A DNA stretch of 64,000 bases from Candidatus Multivoradales bacterium (GTDB lineage: Bacteria; Acidobacteriota; Thermoanaerobaculia; Multivoradales; Multivoraceae): positions 160,001 to 224,000 of the forward strand of contig CBDCWI010000001.1 in the NCBI GenBank assembly GCA_965223325.1, in the 5' to 3' direction. Below are positions 23,097-32,813 of the stretch, in pieces; position 1 is the stretch's first letter, and each line of letters opens with the position of its first letter. The notes under the pieces are model-generated. The model worked only from the letters and a program-made list of their open reading frames with translations. It was not told where the DNA came from and did not search any database. The position numbers and the translations under genes are program-made.

Positions 23097-23959
23097 TCGT
23101 AGGAGTAGAACCCGCGACCGGACTTGCGGCCGAAGCGTCCGGCCTGAACCATCTGCTTGAGCATCGGGGGCGGCGCCATGCGGCGTTCGCGAAACTCGTC
23201 GAACATGATGTTGGCGATCGAGTAGATCGTGTCGAGGCCGATGAAGTCCATCAGCTGGAACGGGCCCATCGGGTGACCACAACCCAGCTTCATCCCGGCA
23301 TCGATGTCCTCGATCGTAGCGACGCCGTTCTCGTGCGCGCGAATGGCGTCGAGCAGGTAAGGCACCAGGAGCCGGTTGACGATGAACCCGGAACGGTCGC
23401 TGGCGCGCACGGGGCGCTTGCCGAGCTTGTCGACGAAAGCCGTCACTTCGGCGACCGGCGCGTCGTGGGTGAGCATGGTGGTCACCACTTCGACGAGCTT
23501 CATCACCGGAACCGGGTTGAAGAAGTGAAGCCCCAGAAAGCGCCCCGGCCGATCGCTCGCCGCGGCCATCTGGGTCAGAGTCAGAGACGACGTGTTGCTG
23601 GCGAAGATCGCGTTCTCCAGGGCTACATCAGCGAGATCACGAAACAGGTTCTGCTTGGCGTCGAGGTTCTCGACGATCGCCTCGATCACCAGATCGCACT
23701 CTGCCAGGCACTCTAGGTCGACGCCACCGGAGAGCCGATCGAGGGCAGCGTCGCGCTCGCCCGCTTCCAGCTTGCCGCGCTCAACCCCGCGATCGAGGGA
23801 ACCAGTCAGTGCCGTCATGCCGCGATCGAGAAGCTCCTGGCTCACCTCGCGCACGACGGTCGGAATGCCGGCACGGATCGCCACCTCGGCAATGCCTCGC
23901 CCCATCTGCCCACAGCCCACGACACCCAGTCGTTCGATCGCCAAATCGTCTACCCCCAA
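23093..23959 (-). CDS. 3-hydroxybutyryl-CoA dehydrogenase
   Basis: GCGQMGRGIA, EAIVE, ASNTSS, GLHFFNPVP, GFIVNRLL, HPMGP; start approximate. Confidence 0.92.
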   Translation of the reverse strand: MGVDDLAIERLGVVGCGQMGRGIAEVAIRAGIPTVVREVSQELLDRGMTALTGSLDRGVERGKLEAGERDAALDRLSGGVDLECLAECDLVIEAIVENLDAKQNLFRDLADVALENAIFASNTSSLTLTQMAAASDRPGRFLGLHFFNPVPVMKLVEVVTTMLTHDAPVAEVTAFVDKLGKRPVRASDRSGFIVNRLLVPYLLDAIRAHENGVATIEDIDAGMKLGCGHPMGPFQLMDFIGLDTIYSIANIMFDEFRERRMAPPPMLKQMVQAGRFGRKSGRGFYSYE

Positions 23960-24050
23960 GATTCCCCAGAAAAGTTCCCACCGGAGCCGACCTCGCCCGG
24001 ACCCGGCGCGGGACCTCCGAGGTGCGGGCAACTCTATCGCCTCCTTGTGC

Positions 24051-24590
24051 TCAGCAGGAGCCAGGGAAAGCCGCCAGAGGGTCAGAGGTCCATTCGAGGC
24101 GCCGTGCGGTGGCCGAAAGCGCAAGAACCCGCACCAGCAACCAGGGCCTCTCTTCGTCCCGCGTCACGCTGGCCCGCAGCCAGTCGGGCAGTCGCTCGGC
24201 CCACTCGATGGCCTTGATCCCGGGCCCCTGGAGAACTTCGTCGAGCCCGATCTCACCGGCCTCCGAGGCGTCGAGGCGGTAGAGATCGATATGCACCAGG
24301 GTGGGCTCGCCGTTCGTCGCACCACCCGGGTTGCCATGCTCGTGGACGAGAGTGAAGGTGGGTGACACAACCGTGGTGGGGTCGATTCCAAGTGCTGCCG
24401 CAAGACCCTGCACCAGGACGGTCTTGCCGGCTCCCATTTCGCCCTCGAGCAGCAGAACGCCATCGGGCGCCAGTGGCAGGGCGAGGCCCCTGCCGGTTGC
24501 GAAGGTCTCCTCAGCGCTGTCCAGCTCGAGGAAGGCGGCGCGCTCGCCCAGCCACTCGGCGACCCGGGCCGAGCCGGCACCGTCACTCAA
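24051..24590 (-). CDS. tsaE: tRNA threonylcarbamoyladenosine biosynthesis ATPase TsaE
   Basis: GEMGAGKT, VSPTFTL, HIDLYRL, IEWAE. Confidence 0.94.
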   Translation of the reverse strand: MSDGAGSARVAEWLGERAAFLELDSAEETFATGRGLALPLAPDGVLLLEGEMGAGKTVLVQGLAAALGIDPTTVVSPTFTLVHEHGNPGGATNGEPTLVHIDLYRLDASEAGEIGLDEVLQGPGIKAIEWAERLPDWLRASVTRDEERPWLLVRVLALSATARRLEWTSDPLAAFPGSC

Positions 24591-26205
24591 GGCCGAGTGC
24601 CTCGAGCTCCAGAAACGCCGCGGGCAGCGATTCGATCAAGTCTCCCGGCAGCAAGCTGGCCTCGCCTTGCACCACCGCTGCGAGGTCGCCAGCCAGGCCA
24701 TGCACAAAGGCTCCGCAACACGCCGCCTCGAAGGGACGCTGCCCCTGGGCGAGGAGCGCCCCCACGATCCCGGCCAGAGCGTCTCCCGATCCGCCGGTCG
24801 CCATGCCCGGGTTACCGGTAGGGTTGATCGCGACCCGGCCATCCGGGCGGGCGATCAGAGTGCGATGGCCTTTGAGCACCACGACCTGCCCGGTCTCGCG
24901 TGCCGCCCACACCGCAAAGCGCAGTCGATCGGCCTGAACCTCATGGTTGCTTGCACCCAGGAGTCGCCCGAGCTCACCGGGATGCGGAAGTAGCACCATC
25001 GACTCCGGTGTGCGCTCTGCCAAGAGAGCCGCCTCACCCTCGAAGGCGTTCAGGCCATCGGCATCGAGCACCAGCGGCGCGCGCGAACGCAGCACGAACT
25101 CGCGGGCCAGGCTGCGCACGCAGGCGCGACTGCCCAACCCCGGGCCGAGCACCACGGCCGCTCGCCGCGTTGCGGCGTCGAGAAGCGAATCGAGCGCCGC
25201 CCCGCATAGAAACCCCTGCTCTTCGGAGCAGGCGAGAGTCATCGATTCCGGCGAAGCGAGTTCGAGGACAAGCGACGCCGATTCGGGAACCGCCGCGGTG
25301 ACCAGGCCGGCGCCGGAGCGTAGCGCCCCGCGCACCGCCAGCACTGCTGCGCCGCTGGTGCCGGCTCCGCCAGCGATCACAAGGAGGTGGCCACGAGTTC
25401 CCTTGTGGTCCTGGGAAGCGCGCCGCGGCAACCAGTCGGCGATTTGATGCGCGCCGAGAAGCACGAGCTCCTCGCCCGCCGTTTCGGCGACCCGCAGGGG
25501 CAACCCGAGACCGACCAGGTCCACCTCCCCGCAGGCGCTCTCTGCTGGCGGCAGAACGTGGGCATGGCGGAGGGCGGCGAACGCAACCGTCACGTCGGCC
25601 TGTACCACCGGGCCGTCCGGCGCCTGCGCGCTGCCCGCGAGCCCGCTCGGCAGATCGACGGACAGGCGCACGACAGACGCCTCATTCATCGCTTCGACGA
25701 GCGCCGCCCACGGGCCCTGGAGCGGCCGATCGAGTCCGTTGCCGAACAGGGCGTCGACCAAGACCTCCGGTGCAGCGCCAGCTCGGTTGCCGTCGACCAG
25801 CCACTGGCTGAAGCCTGCCGCGATCTCTGCCGGCTCATCTTCTTCGGCGACGTCCCACTCCTCGGTTTCGATGCCCAGCGCGAGGACGACCGCGAGCTGG
25901 CGCGCCACTTCGCCTGCCAGCCGGCCTCCCGGTCGAGCAAGAAGCACGCGGACCGGACCCTCATCTGAGGCCAAGAGCCTGGCGGTCGCCAACCCATCGG
26001 CACCGTTGTTCCCCGGGCCGGCCACCACCGACACCCGCGCCGTCGGCCAACGCCGCCTGAGACTCTGTACGACGCCCCGGGCAGCGTTCTCCATCAGCAC
26101 TGCAGCGGGCATTCCGAGCTCTTCGATCATTTGGCGATCGAGCTCGGCCATCGCCTCGGCAGTCAGCACTGGCCCGGCGGGTAGCCGGGCTTTCCTCCGC
26201 GTCAT
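24583..26205 (-). CDS. nnr: Bifunctional NAD(P)H-hydrate epimerase/dehydratase
   Basis: LMENAA, GPGNNGADG, VDALFG, DLPSG, HKG..G, GPGLG, DADGL, PHPGE, ATGGSGD. Confidence 0.94.
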   Translation of the reverse strand: MTRRKARLPAGPVLTAEAMAELDRQMIEELGMPAAVLMENAARGVVQSLRRRWPTARVSVVAGPGNNGADGLATARLLASDEGPVRVLLARPGGRLAGEVARQLAVVLALGIETEEWDVAEEDEPAEIAAGFSQWLVDGNRAGAAPEVLVDALFGNGLDRPLQGPWAALVEAMNEASVVRLSVDLPSGLAGSAQAPDGPVVQADVTVAFAALRHAHVLPPAESACGEVDLVGLGLPLRVAETAGEELVLLGAHQIADWLPRRASQDHKGTRGHLLVIAGGAGTSGAAVLAVRGALRSGAGLVTAAVPESASLVLELASPESMTLACSEEQGFLCGAALDSLLDAATRRAAVVLGPGLGSRACVRSLAREFVLRSRAPLVLDADGLNAFEGEAALLAERTPESMVLLPHPGELGRLLGASNHEVQADRLRFAVWAARETGQVVVLKGHRTLIARPDGRVAINPTGNPGMATGGSGDALAGIVGALLAQGQRPFEAACCGAFVHGLAGDLAAVVQGEASLLPGDLIESLPAAFLELEALGLE

Positions 26206-26921
26206 GGGATCCTCCCCCATCGCTTCAGGACCTTTCGGGTCGCCTCACAAACGAGGCCAGGGTCGTGCGTCAACGTCTCACACAAGCGCTCGAGATCGGC
26301 CGGCTCGTCGACGTCGCCGAGCGGTGCCAACAGGCGTGAGCAAAGACCCGCGCCCTCGAAGACCGTTCTGAGAGAGGCCAGGGTTCTTGCGCTCGACCAG
26401 GGAATGCCCCGAAAGAGTTCCGGCGCCAGGTCCTCTGCAGCCAGCGCCACGAGATAGAAGCCACCGTCGTCGGCCGGGCCGAAGACCGCATCGACACCTC
26501 GAGCGCCAAGCATCTCGAAAGCCTCGTCGATTCTCTCGCTTGCGAGGGTCGGGTGATCACTGCCGACGGCGGCCACCAACGGGTGCTTCTGGCCCACCGA
26601 AGAGAGAGCATGAAACAAGCGCTCGCCCAGACCTCTACCGGTCTGCTCGAGGGTTGGCGCATCAAAGAGCGGCCTGGGCAGCAGTTCGACGGGCGGCGGC
26701 TGGCGCACTCCGTCATTGGCATCGAGTGCCCAGGCGACCCAGACAGCGGCCGCCGACCGATCGAGCGCCACTCCGGTGTCGAAGACAAACGCCGCGTGTA
26801 GCTCGGCAGCCTGCTGCGCTGTCAGTGAGCCCACAGCCGGACGGGTCAACCGGGTCTTGACCCTTCCGGGGATGGCCGGCTTGGTCATCAGCACCACGGC
26901 CGGGGGCGTCATGGCGCCCAT
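26202..26921 (-). CDS. DUF2064/TIGR04282-family glycosyltransferase-like protein
   Basis: KPAIPGRVKTRL, GLGERL, GSDHP, GPADDGGFYL, IPWS, DVDEPADL. Confidence 0.85.
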   Translation of the reverse strand: MGAMTPPAVVLMTKPAIPGRVKTRLTRPAVGSLTAQQAAELHAAFVFDTGVALDRSAAAVWVAWALDANDGVRQPPPVELLPRPLFDAPTLEQTGRGLGERLFHALSSVGQKHPLVAAVGSDHPTLASERIDEAFEMLGARGVDAVFGPADDGGFYLVALAAEDLAPELFRGIPWSSARTLASLRTVFEGAGLCSRLLAPLGDVDEPADLERLCETLTHDPGLVCEATRKVLKRWGRIP

Positions 26922-27158
26922 CTCGTCCTACCGGTCGGTCGAACGCCGGATCGCAAAAAGGACGTACCATGGTCGGGCTCTATCGAATCCAATCCAGGAG
27001 AGACGCCCCTCGCGGGCCTCTCGATCGACGGCGACGGTTGGGTGGGCGGGCCGGGGATCAGGTCGCTGCCACCATCGGAGGTCCAACGTGGCGCAAACGC
27101 TCCAGGCGCTCGAACTGCGAGCGCCACATTCGGCACCAGTCCACGAAAAGAGGCCTCC

Positions 27159-27365
27159 ATGACCCGCTGGGAATACAAGATCATCAACATCCGCAGCGAG
27201 AACTACCGGCTGGACCCCGCGGCCGCGCGCGCATTGAACGAACTCGGCAAGGAAGGTTGGGAACTCGTTTCGATCACCTCGGTCAATTTCAAGACCGGTG
27301 CGACCGATAACATCGCCATGGTCTTCAAGCGGCCGGCCTCAGAGGACGTAGTGGCGGCGACATAG
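27159..27365 (+). CDS. DUF4177-domain small protein
   Basis: WEYKII...LNELGKEGWELVS...FKR pattern; AGAGG upstream of the ATG. Confidence 0.85.
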   Translation: MTRWEYKIINIRSENYRLDPAAARALNELGKEGWELVSITSVNFKTGATDNIAMVFKRPASEDVVAAT

Positions 27366-27374
27366 GCGCTGACC

Positions 27375-27611
27375 TCAGGCAGCGGGCGGGTTGGAATCGT
27401 CATCGACGGGCCGGACCTCTTGTGCTCGACGAGCCGCCCACGAGAGCCCCACCGCAAGGCCGATGGCCAGGCCGACCAGCGGCAACATGACGCCGACACC
27501 CGGGGTCCAGCCGAGCTGACCCCCGACAGTCTGACGAACGGCTTCGAGCTGGTTCGAGACGCCACGACGAGCTTCCTCCAACTCGGCTCCAGATGCGGGT
27601 AGGTCACTCAC
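27375..27611 (-). CDS. Small membrane-anchored hypothetical protein
   Basis: GTG overlaps the upstream stop; helical N terminus plus one TM segment. Confidence 0.55.
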   Translation of the reverse strand: MSDLPASGAELEEARRGVSNQLEAVRQTVGGQLGWTPGVGVMLPLVGLAIGLAVGLSWAARRAQEVRPVDDDSNPPAA

Positions 27612-28183
27612 CAGCTCTGATCCGGAATGTCGTCGAAGTCTCGTCGACCCGAGTCGCCGCCTTCGGAGTCTCCTCGTCCAGGGGGCTGCCGACCGGACCT
27701 CCACGCAATGCGTTCGGGTTCACCCTCTGTGCCGTCTTCGTCCGCCGCTCCACGTTCGGGCTGCGCCCTGCGCCGCTCGCGCGCGCGGCCATCTCCGAGC
27801 GCGGCGCCTTCGAACTCACCGCGCCAGAACGACAAGTGCTCGTCAACCCGCCGTTTGACGGTCGTCCCAGGGGGCTCGATCTTCGCCATGCGTTGCCGGG
27901 CGGCCCACCAGGCGATGCCACCGGCGGCCAGAAGAACGGCACCGACAGCCAAGCCCGCTGCCCAGTCCGGGATGACCCGCGAAAGGCCGGCGATGGCGCT
28001 GAAGACCAGCGCGCCGGCGCCGAGGAACAAGAGCCCTCCAGCCACTCCAAAGCGGACGCTGGCCCGCTTCGCTTCGCTTTGACTGTTGCGCAGCTCATGC
28101 TGCAGCTCTTGCCACTCGGCGTCCAGCAGGCGAACCACCGCGGCGCCGACCGAAGCAGCGTGATGTTTGACGAAACCCAACAT
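27608..28183 (-). CDS. YqjE/phage-holin-family-like two-TM membrane protein
   Basis: LLDAEW..LQHELR, two hydrophobic helices, W-A-A-G-L-A-V motif, charged tail. Confidence 0.65.
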   Translation of the reverse strand: MLGFVKHHAASVGAAVVRLLDAEWQELQHELRNSQSEAKRASVRFGVAGGLLFLGAGALVFSAIAGLSRVIPDWAAGLAVGAVLLAAGGIAWWAARQRMAKIEPPGTTVKRRVDEHLSFWRGEFEGAALGDGRARERRRAQPERGAADEDGTEGEPERIAWRSGRQPPGRGDSEGGDSGRRDFDDIPDQSW

Positions 28184-28231
28184 CCTCTGAGTCTACCGAT
28201 CCCTCAGATGTGTCGCCGGAGAGGGACGCCG

Positions 28232-30082
28232 CTAGCCGCCGCCGCGCGCGACGCCGGAGCCGATTCGCAAGGTCCGCGACACGAACGATGTCACTCCGGC
28301 AAGCTCGTCGCGCACCCCCACTGAGAGCTTCTGATCACCCGGCGCCATCCGCAGCGGCAAGGTCCAGGTGTAGAAGAGCTTCTGGGCACGCTCGAGATCG
28401 TCGGCCGGGATCGGAAACTCAATGCGCTCCTGAGAGACCGGCGAGAGATCTCCATTGCTGTCTTGAGCCTGCACCCAGGCGCGCAGTCTGGCCTCGTGCA
28501 CTTCGCCCAGGGGATACAGGGTGACCTTCCCGATCGGGATACGCACGTCGACGTGCACGACGTAGGTGCCATTGGCGCTGGGAATCGATTCCTTGGGCAC
28601 CAGCTGGATGCCCAGGTCGTTCTTCTGGAAGCCAAAGCGCAGACCAGCGAGGGTGCTGTCTGCCATTTCGACCTCGATCGGCTTGTCGCGATAGTTGTCC
28701 TTACAGCGCACCCGCACCCGTTTCATCTTGACCTTGCACTGGATGTTGTAGGTGCGGCCACTCCCTGCGTGCGAGGGCTGGAAACCGAGCGAGTAGTAGT
28801 TGCCGAAGTCGTTGGCGATCTTCTCGAAGCCACCACTGAAGTTGTTGGTGTTGGTGATCGCCTGACCACCGGTCTCGTCGGCCATGTAGTGCAGGGTGCT
28901 CTGCATGTTGCTGGTGGCGATCGAGTCGATATTGGTCGAAAACTCGGTGTACCCGGTTTCGGCGCCACGCAGGCTCGAGCTCCGCAGGCCAGCAGCGTCG
29001 ATGGTGTAGAAGGCCACGTTGTTGGCGTTGGCTGCGCGGGTCAGCTCCCGGAACCGGCGGCTCAGGTCGTACTGCAGTGAATCGAGAACGTTGACGCCCT
29101 GGCCGCCCGTGATGCTGGTGTCACCGCGCAGCTTCTCATCGGCGGCGTGGAACATCTCCTCGGCGGCGCGCATCGGCAACCCGTCGCTCACGTAGAGCAT
29201 CGCCTTGCGACCTGGAATGCCACCCAGGTCGTTGACCATGCTGCGCATGCCGTCGAGGGTGAACTGCATGTCGTTGTAGACGTTCTCTGCAAACATGCGC
29301 ACCCGCCCCATGACCAGGCCCTCTGAGCGCGCTTCCTCGAGATCGCGCAAGAGATCACGGCGCTCGGAGTCGTACTGCGAACGCCCCCCGGTGTGGGTCT
29401 CGATCTCATGCAGAGCGCGGGTGATCACGGCGTGGTCGCTGGTGAAGGTGCGCACGATCTTGGGGTCGCCGCGGTTGTAGGTCACCAGCATCACACGATC
29501 GGAGCGTTGCACGTTGCTGCGCAGAAACTCGCGTAGGAAGCGGAATACACGGTTGCGGTTGAAAGGCCGGATGTTGAAGTGGTCGACGTAGATCACCAGG
29601 TGCAACCGCTGATCTGCCGGCACATCGTCGAACCCGCCCCGCCGGGCGATGTCTGGGTGCGAGGAGAGGACGTCGCCACTCGACGCGCCCGGTTCGACCT
29701 TCTCACCATCCTCGTTGAAGCGATCACCGTCGCGCACCTCGTAGAAGTTGGTGATCGTTACCGGTCGGCGGTCTTCGATGAGCTCGAAGTCGTCGATTGA
29801 CAGCCCAGTGATCGGCTCACCTGTCTTCTTGTCGGTGACATAAACCGGAATGTTGACCACCTTGACGCGGATCTCCTCACCAAAGGTCGCACGCGGCACA
29901 TCGGAGGAGGCTGGTGCGGTGGTGGTCTGAGAACCGGCCGCCTCTTCCGTCGTCGTCGACTCGGAGCTTGATTCCTGAGCGATCAGTGTTCCGGCGTTAG
30001 CGAGGAGCGCCAGGAGGAGGACGGAGGCTCGGGCCGCGAGCGACGATGAGGTCTTCGTGGTTCCTACGGACAGTCTTTTCAC
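28232..30082 (-). CDS. Secreted VWFA-domain protein (Acidobacteria type)
   Basis: Signal peptide, VVNIPVYVTDK..PITGL..DF, GRKAMLYVSDG, FYTID, ADETGG, YYSLGF. Confidence 0.85.
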   Translation of the reverse strand: MKRLSVGTTKTSSSLAARASVLLLALLANAGTLIAQESSSESTTTEEAAGSQTTTAPASSDVPRATFGEEIRVKVVNIPVYVTDKKTGEPITGLSIDDFELIEDRRPVTITNFYEVRDGDRFNEDGEKVEPGASSGDVLSSHPDIARRGGFDDVPADQRLHLVIYVDHFNIRPFNRNRVFRFLREFLRSNVQRSDRVMLVTYNRGDPKIVRTFTSDHAVITRALHEIETHTGGRSQYDSERRDLLRDLEEARSEGLVMGRVRMFAENVYNDMQFTLDGMRSMVNDLGGIPGRKAMLYVSDGLPMRAAEEMFHAADEKLRGDTSITGGQGVNVLDSLQYDLSRRFRELTRAANANNVAFYTIDAAGLRSSSLRGAETGYTEFSTNIDSIATSNMQSTLHYMADETGGQAITNTNNFSGGFEKIANDFGNYYSLGFQPSHAGSGRTYNIQCKVKMKRVRVRCKDNYRDKPIEVEMADSTLAGLRFGFQKNDLGIQLVPKESIPSANGTYVVHVDVRIPIGKVTLYPLGEVHEARLRAWVQAQDSNGDLSPVSQERIEFPIPADDLERAQKLFYTWTLPLRMAPGDQKLSVGVRDELAGVTSFVSRTLRIGSGVARGGG

Positions 30083-31770
30083 TCTGGAGTCACCTCGAGG
30101 GCGGTGGACAGGAGTGCGCCTCCCGCCAGGTCATAAACGGCCACCACGACATCGTGCGGCTTCCTTCTCATCAAGAGCCGCGTCGCCCAGCGGTAGTAGC
30201 TGCCCCCCGCGGGACGGTCAGGCATCTCGAACGACAACGGGATCACAGGTATTTCCTCGCCCGTTGCACCATCCGCGTCGAGCACTGCCACGCGCAGCTC
30301 GAGGTTGGCAGTCCAGCTGGGCTTCGCGGGGTTTGTGCCACTCGGGAGCAACACCAGAGCGTCGAGCGGAATCGCCATGGCCAGCGGCACGATCATTTTG
30401 CGGCGACCCTTGGTTTCCGGCCGCCCGACCTGCACCAGGAGGGGGACTTCCGATGGTGGCGTCCCGAAATGGAGAGCACTCTCGACCGCCGTGGTGACCT
30501 GGGTCTGGCGCGAGAAGTCGGCATAGTTCTCGCGCGCTCTCGCCCGGTAGCCCTTGGTCTTCATGACCACTTTGACGTCATGGCGACTGTCGTCGCCCTG
30601 CCAGGTGGGAGTGAAGCCGAGCCAGTAGAAGGAACGGGTGTCGGCGACCACCGCTTCGAAAGCCGTGCGGCCACGACCGTCGAGCAGGGCGCGACCGCCG
30701 GTCTCGTCGGAGATGAACTGCAGGCTCTGGTGAACGCCGGTCTCGCGCAGGAAACCGTCCGTTGCGGCACCGGTGCGCTCGAAGTCGGCTCCGATCAGAC
30801 CGGTGAACTGAACACCAGCAACGTCGACCGCGTAGACCGTGTAGCCGAGCAGGTTGGCGGTATCGACAATCGCTCCGTAGAGCTCTTCGCCGCGATCGAT
30901 CTCGGCTTCGACGACCGGCCGCGAAATGTCGTTGACGATGAACTCGACCGGATCCCACGGCCAACCGCCGGCGAGCAGGACAAAAACCTTGCGTCCCGGT
31001 GGGTTGGCGAACCCGCGCAGGGTTGCCGCGGCAGCAGCCGAGACCCGCTCGAGCTGGTCTTCGAGACGTTCGACGTAGGCGCGTTCTTCGAGACTCAGGT
31101 TGGTCTGGATGTCGCTCCCCAGAGGGCCATCGGTGTCCGGCAGGATGCTGCGCGCCTGGCGCAACTCTGCGGCGCGCTGAAGGCCCGACGAACGCCGGTC
31201 GCGGGCCTCGCGCAGCGCCTTTTCGAGGTCGCGCTCCGACTGGGTCCAGCTGGTGAGCATGGTGAGCTCGGACCCGTCGTAGGCCACGATTGCCATGCGG
31301 TCTTCGGGACCGAGCTGTGCCGTCTGCAGGGCGAGCTGATCGAGCACCCGCCGGCGGTCAACGTTCTCGGAGAACAACTCATCGATGAACACCAGGTAGC
31401 TGGTGCCAACCCGGCCGCCGGGGCCGACCGCCGGGACCTCGGCGATGGCACTCCCGGTGCTCTCTTCGGCGACGTTCTGCGCGCGACCCCCGTTGATCTC
31501 GCTGAAATACTGAATGTCGACTGGCTCGCCGTCGATCTGGAGCTCGAAGTCTTCGGGCCCGAGGCCGGTGATGATTTCGCCGCGCCGGTCGGTGACCACC
31601 ACCTCGACATTGACCACCCGCACATCGACGGTCTCGCCGAAATGCGCGACCGGGGCGCTCTCCTCGGAAGTCCTGTTTTCGGAAGACTGTCCGAGCGAGG
31701 GGCCAACCGCCGCCAGCAAGAAGACGAGCGCCGCAGCGGCTTGCTGTCGCGCGCCCGATGAATGAAGCAT
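30079..31770 (-). CDS. Secreted VWFA-domain protein (Acidobacteria type)
   Basis: Signal peptide, VVNVEVVVTDR.G.IITGL..DF, PGRKVFVLL, YAVD, SDETGG, YWLGF. Confidence 0.85.
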   Translation of the reverse strand: MLHSSGARQQAAAALVFLLAAVGPSLGQSSENRTSEESAPVAHFGETVDVRVVNVEVVVTDRRGEIITGLGPEDFELQIDGEPVDIQYFSEINGGRAQNVAEESTGSAIAEVPAVGPGGRVGTSYLVFIDELFSENVDRRRVLDQLALQTAQLGPEDRMAIVAYDGSELTMLTSWTQSERDLEKALREARDRRSSGLQRAAELRQARSILPDTDGPLGSDIQTNLSLEERAYVERLEDQLERVSAAAAATLRGFANPPGRKVFVLLAGGWPWDPVEFIVNDISRPVVEAEIDRGEELYGAIVDTANLLGYTVYAVDVAGVQFTGLIGADFERTGAATDGFLRETGVHQSLQFISDETGGRALLDGRGRTAFEAVVADTRSFYWLGFTPTWQGDDSRHDVKVVMKTKGYRARARENYADFSRQTQVTTAVESALHFGTPPSEVPLLVQVGRPETKGRRKMIVPLAMAIPLDALVLLPSGTNPAKPSWTANLELRVAVLDADGATGEEIPVIPLSFEMPDRPAGGSYYRWATRLLMRRKPHDVVVAVYDLAGGALLSTALEVTPE

Positions 31771-31837
31771 CCGCGGATTCTACCTTTCGGGGAAAGGTCG
31801 TGCGCGGCTTCGTACTGGCGAGCGCGCGCGAAGTGTT

Positions 31838-32635
31838 CTAGCGCCGTCGCAGGCGCACGAGATGGTTGACCGGACCGTGCCCCGAGCCGAGTGGGAAGGC
31901 GCGCGACATCGCCTCGTGGAGGAAGGAGCCGGCCCTTTCTACGGCGACCTCGAGCTCGAGGCCGGTCCCGAGTCCAGCGGCGATCGCCGCCGAGAGAGTA
32001 CAGCCCGTCCCATGAGTGGAGCGGGTCGCGAGGCGGGGCCACGCGTAGCGATGGAAGCGCGCGCCGTCGAACAAGAGGTCGACGACCGGGTCCTCTTCGC
32101 CGTGCCCGCCCTTGATGAGCGCCGCCGAGGCGACCTCTGAAAGTGCCCGCGCCGCTTCCCCGCGCTCGTTCATCGAGCTCACCGGAGAGTCGACGAGGAG
32201 GGCTGCTTCGGGGAGGTTTGGAGTGACCAGGGTGGTGATCGGGAGCAGATGTTCGAGCAACGCTTGAGCGGTTTGAGCGTCACCCAGCGCGTCACCGGTC
32301 TTGGCCACCATCACCGGGTCGACGACCAAGGGCAAGGGACCATGCACCCGAAGTCGATCAGCAACCACCCGCACGACCTCCGGCGCCCCCAGCATCCCCA
32401 CCTTGACTGCATCGACGCCAATGTCTTCGAAGACGACGTCGATCTGGTCGGCGATCAGTGAGGGGTCGACGGCCTGGATCGAACGCACCTCGACCGTCGA
32501 CTGCGCGGTGATCGCAGTGACGGCCGACATGCCGTGGCAGCCGAACGCCGCGAAGGTCTTGAGGTCCGCCTGGATCCCGGCACCGCCGCCGGAGTCCGAA
32601 CCGGCGATGGTCAAGAGGCGCGGTGGCGTGTTCAT
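31838..32635 (-). CDS. thiD: Hydroxymethylpyrimidine/phosphomethylpyrimidine kinase
   Basis: [42 protein letters not shown]. Confidence 0.96.
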   Translation of the reverse strand: MNTPPRLLTIAGSDSGGGAGIQADLKTFAAFGCHGMSAVTAITAQSTVEVRSIQAVDPSLIADQIDVVFEDIGVDAVKVGMLGAPEVVRVVADRLRVHGPLPLVVDPVMVAKTGDALGDAQTAQALLEHLLPITTLVTPNLPEAALLVDSPVSSMNERGEAARALSEVASAALIKGGHGEEDPVVDLLFDGARFHRYAWPRLATRSTHGTGCTLSAAIAAGLGTGLELEVAVERAGSFLHEAMSRAFPLGSGHGPVNHLVRLRRR

Positions 32636-32813
32636 CGCGGCTATACTCTCACCCATCGGTTCCCCTACAAGCCGCGGTCACATCTCTGGCCCTCGGGCTT
32701 GGGAAGCGCACCCAAGACCCGGGCCCATCGAAGGGCTCTGATGGCGCTGGGCGAGTCGAACGTTCGCCGCCGGCCCACCTTTCCCCTTTCGATTCTGCCC
32801 TGTGGTTGAACAA

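Noticed and set aside
27608-28183. Prophage lysis gene
   Set aside because: Holin-like YqjE family proteins are ordinary chromosomal membrane proteins, and no phage genes are nearby.
30046-31761. Long antisense ORFs (this one, 1476-2666, 51800-53203 and others)
   Set aside because: Shadow frames of real genes, expected from high-GC codon bias; no motifs.
32636-32800. TPP riboswitch upstream of thiD
   Set aside because: No CUGAGA/ACCUGA core on the minus strand.
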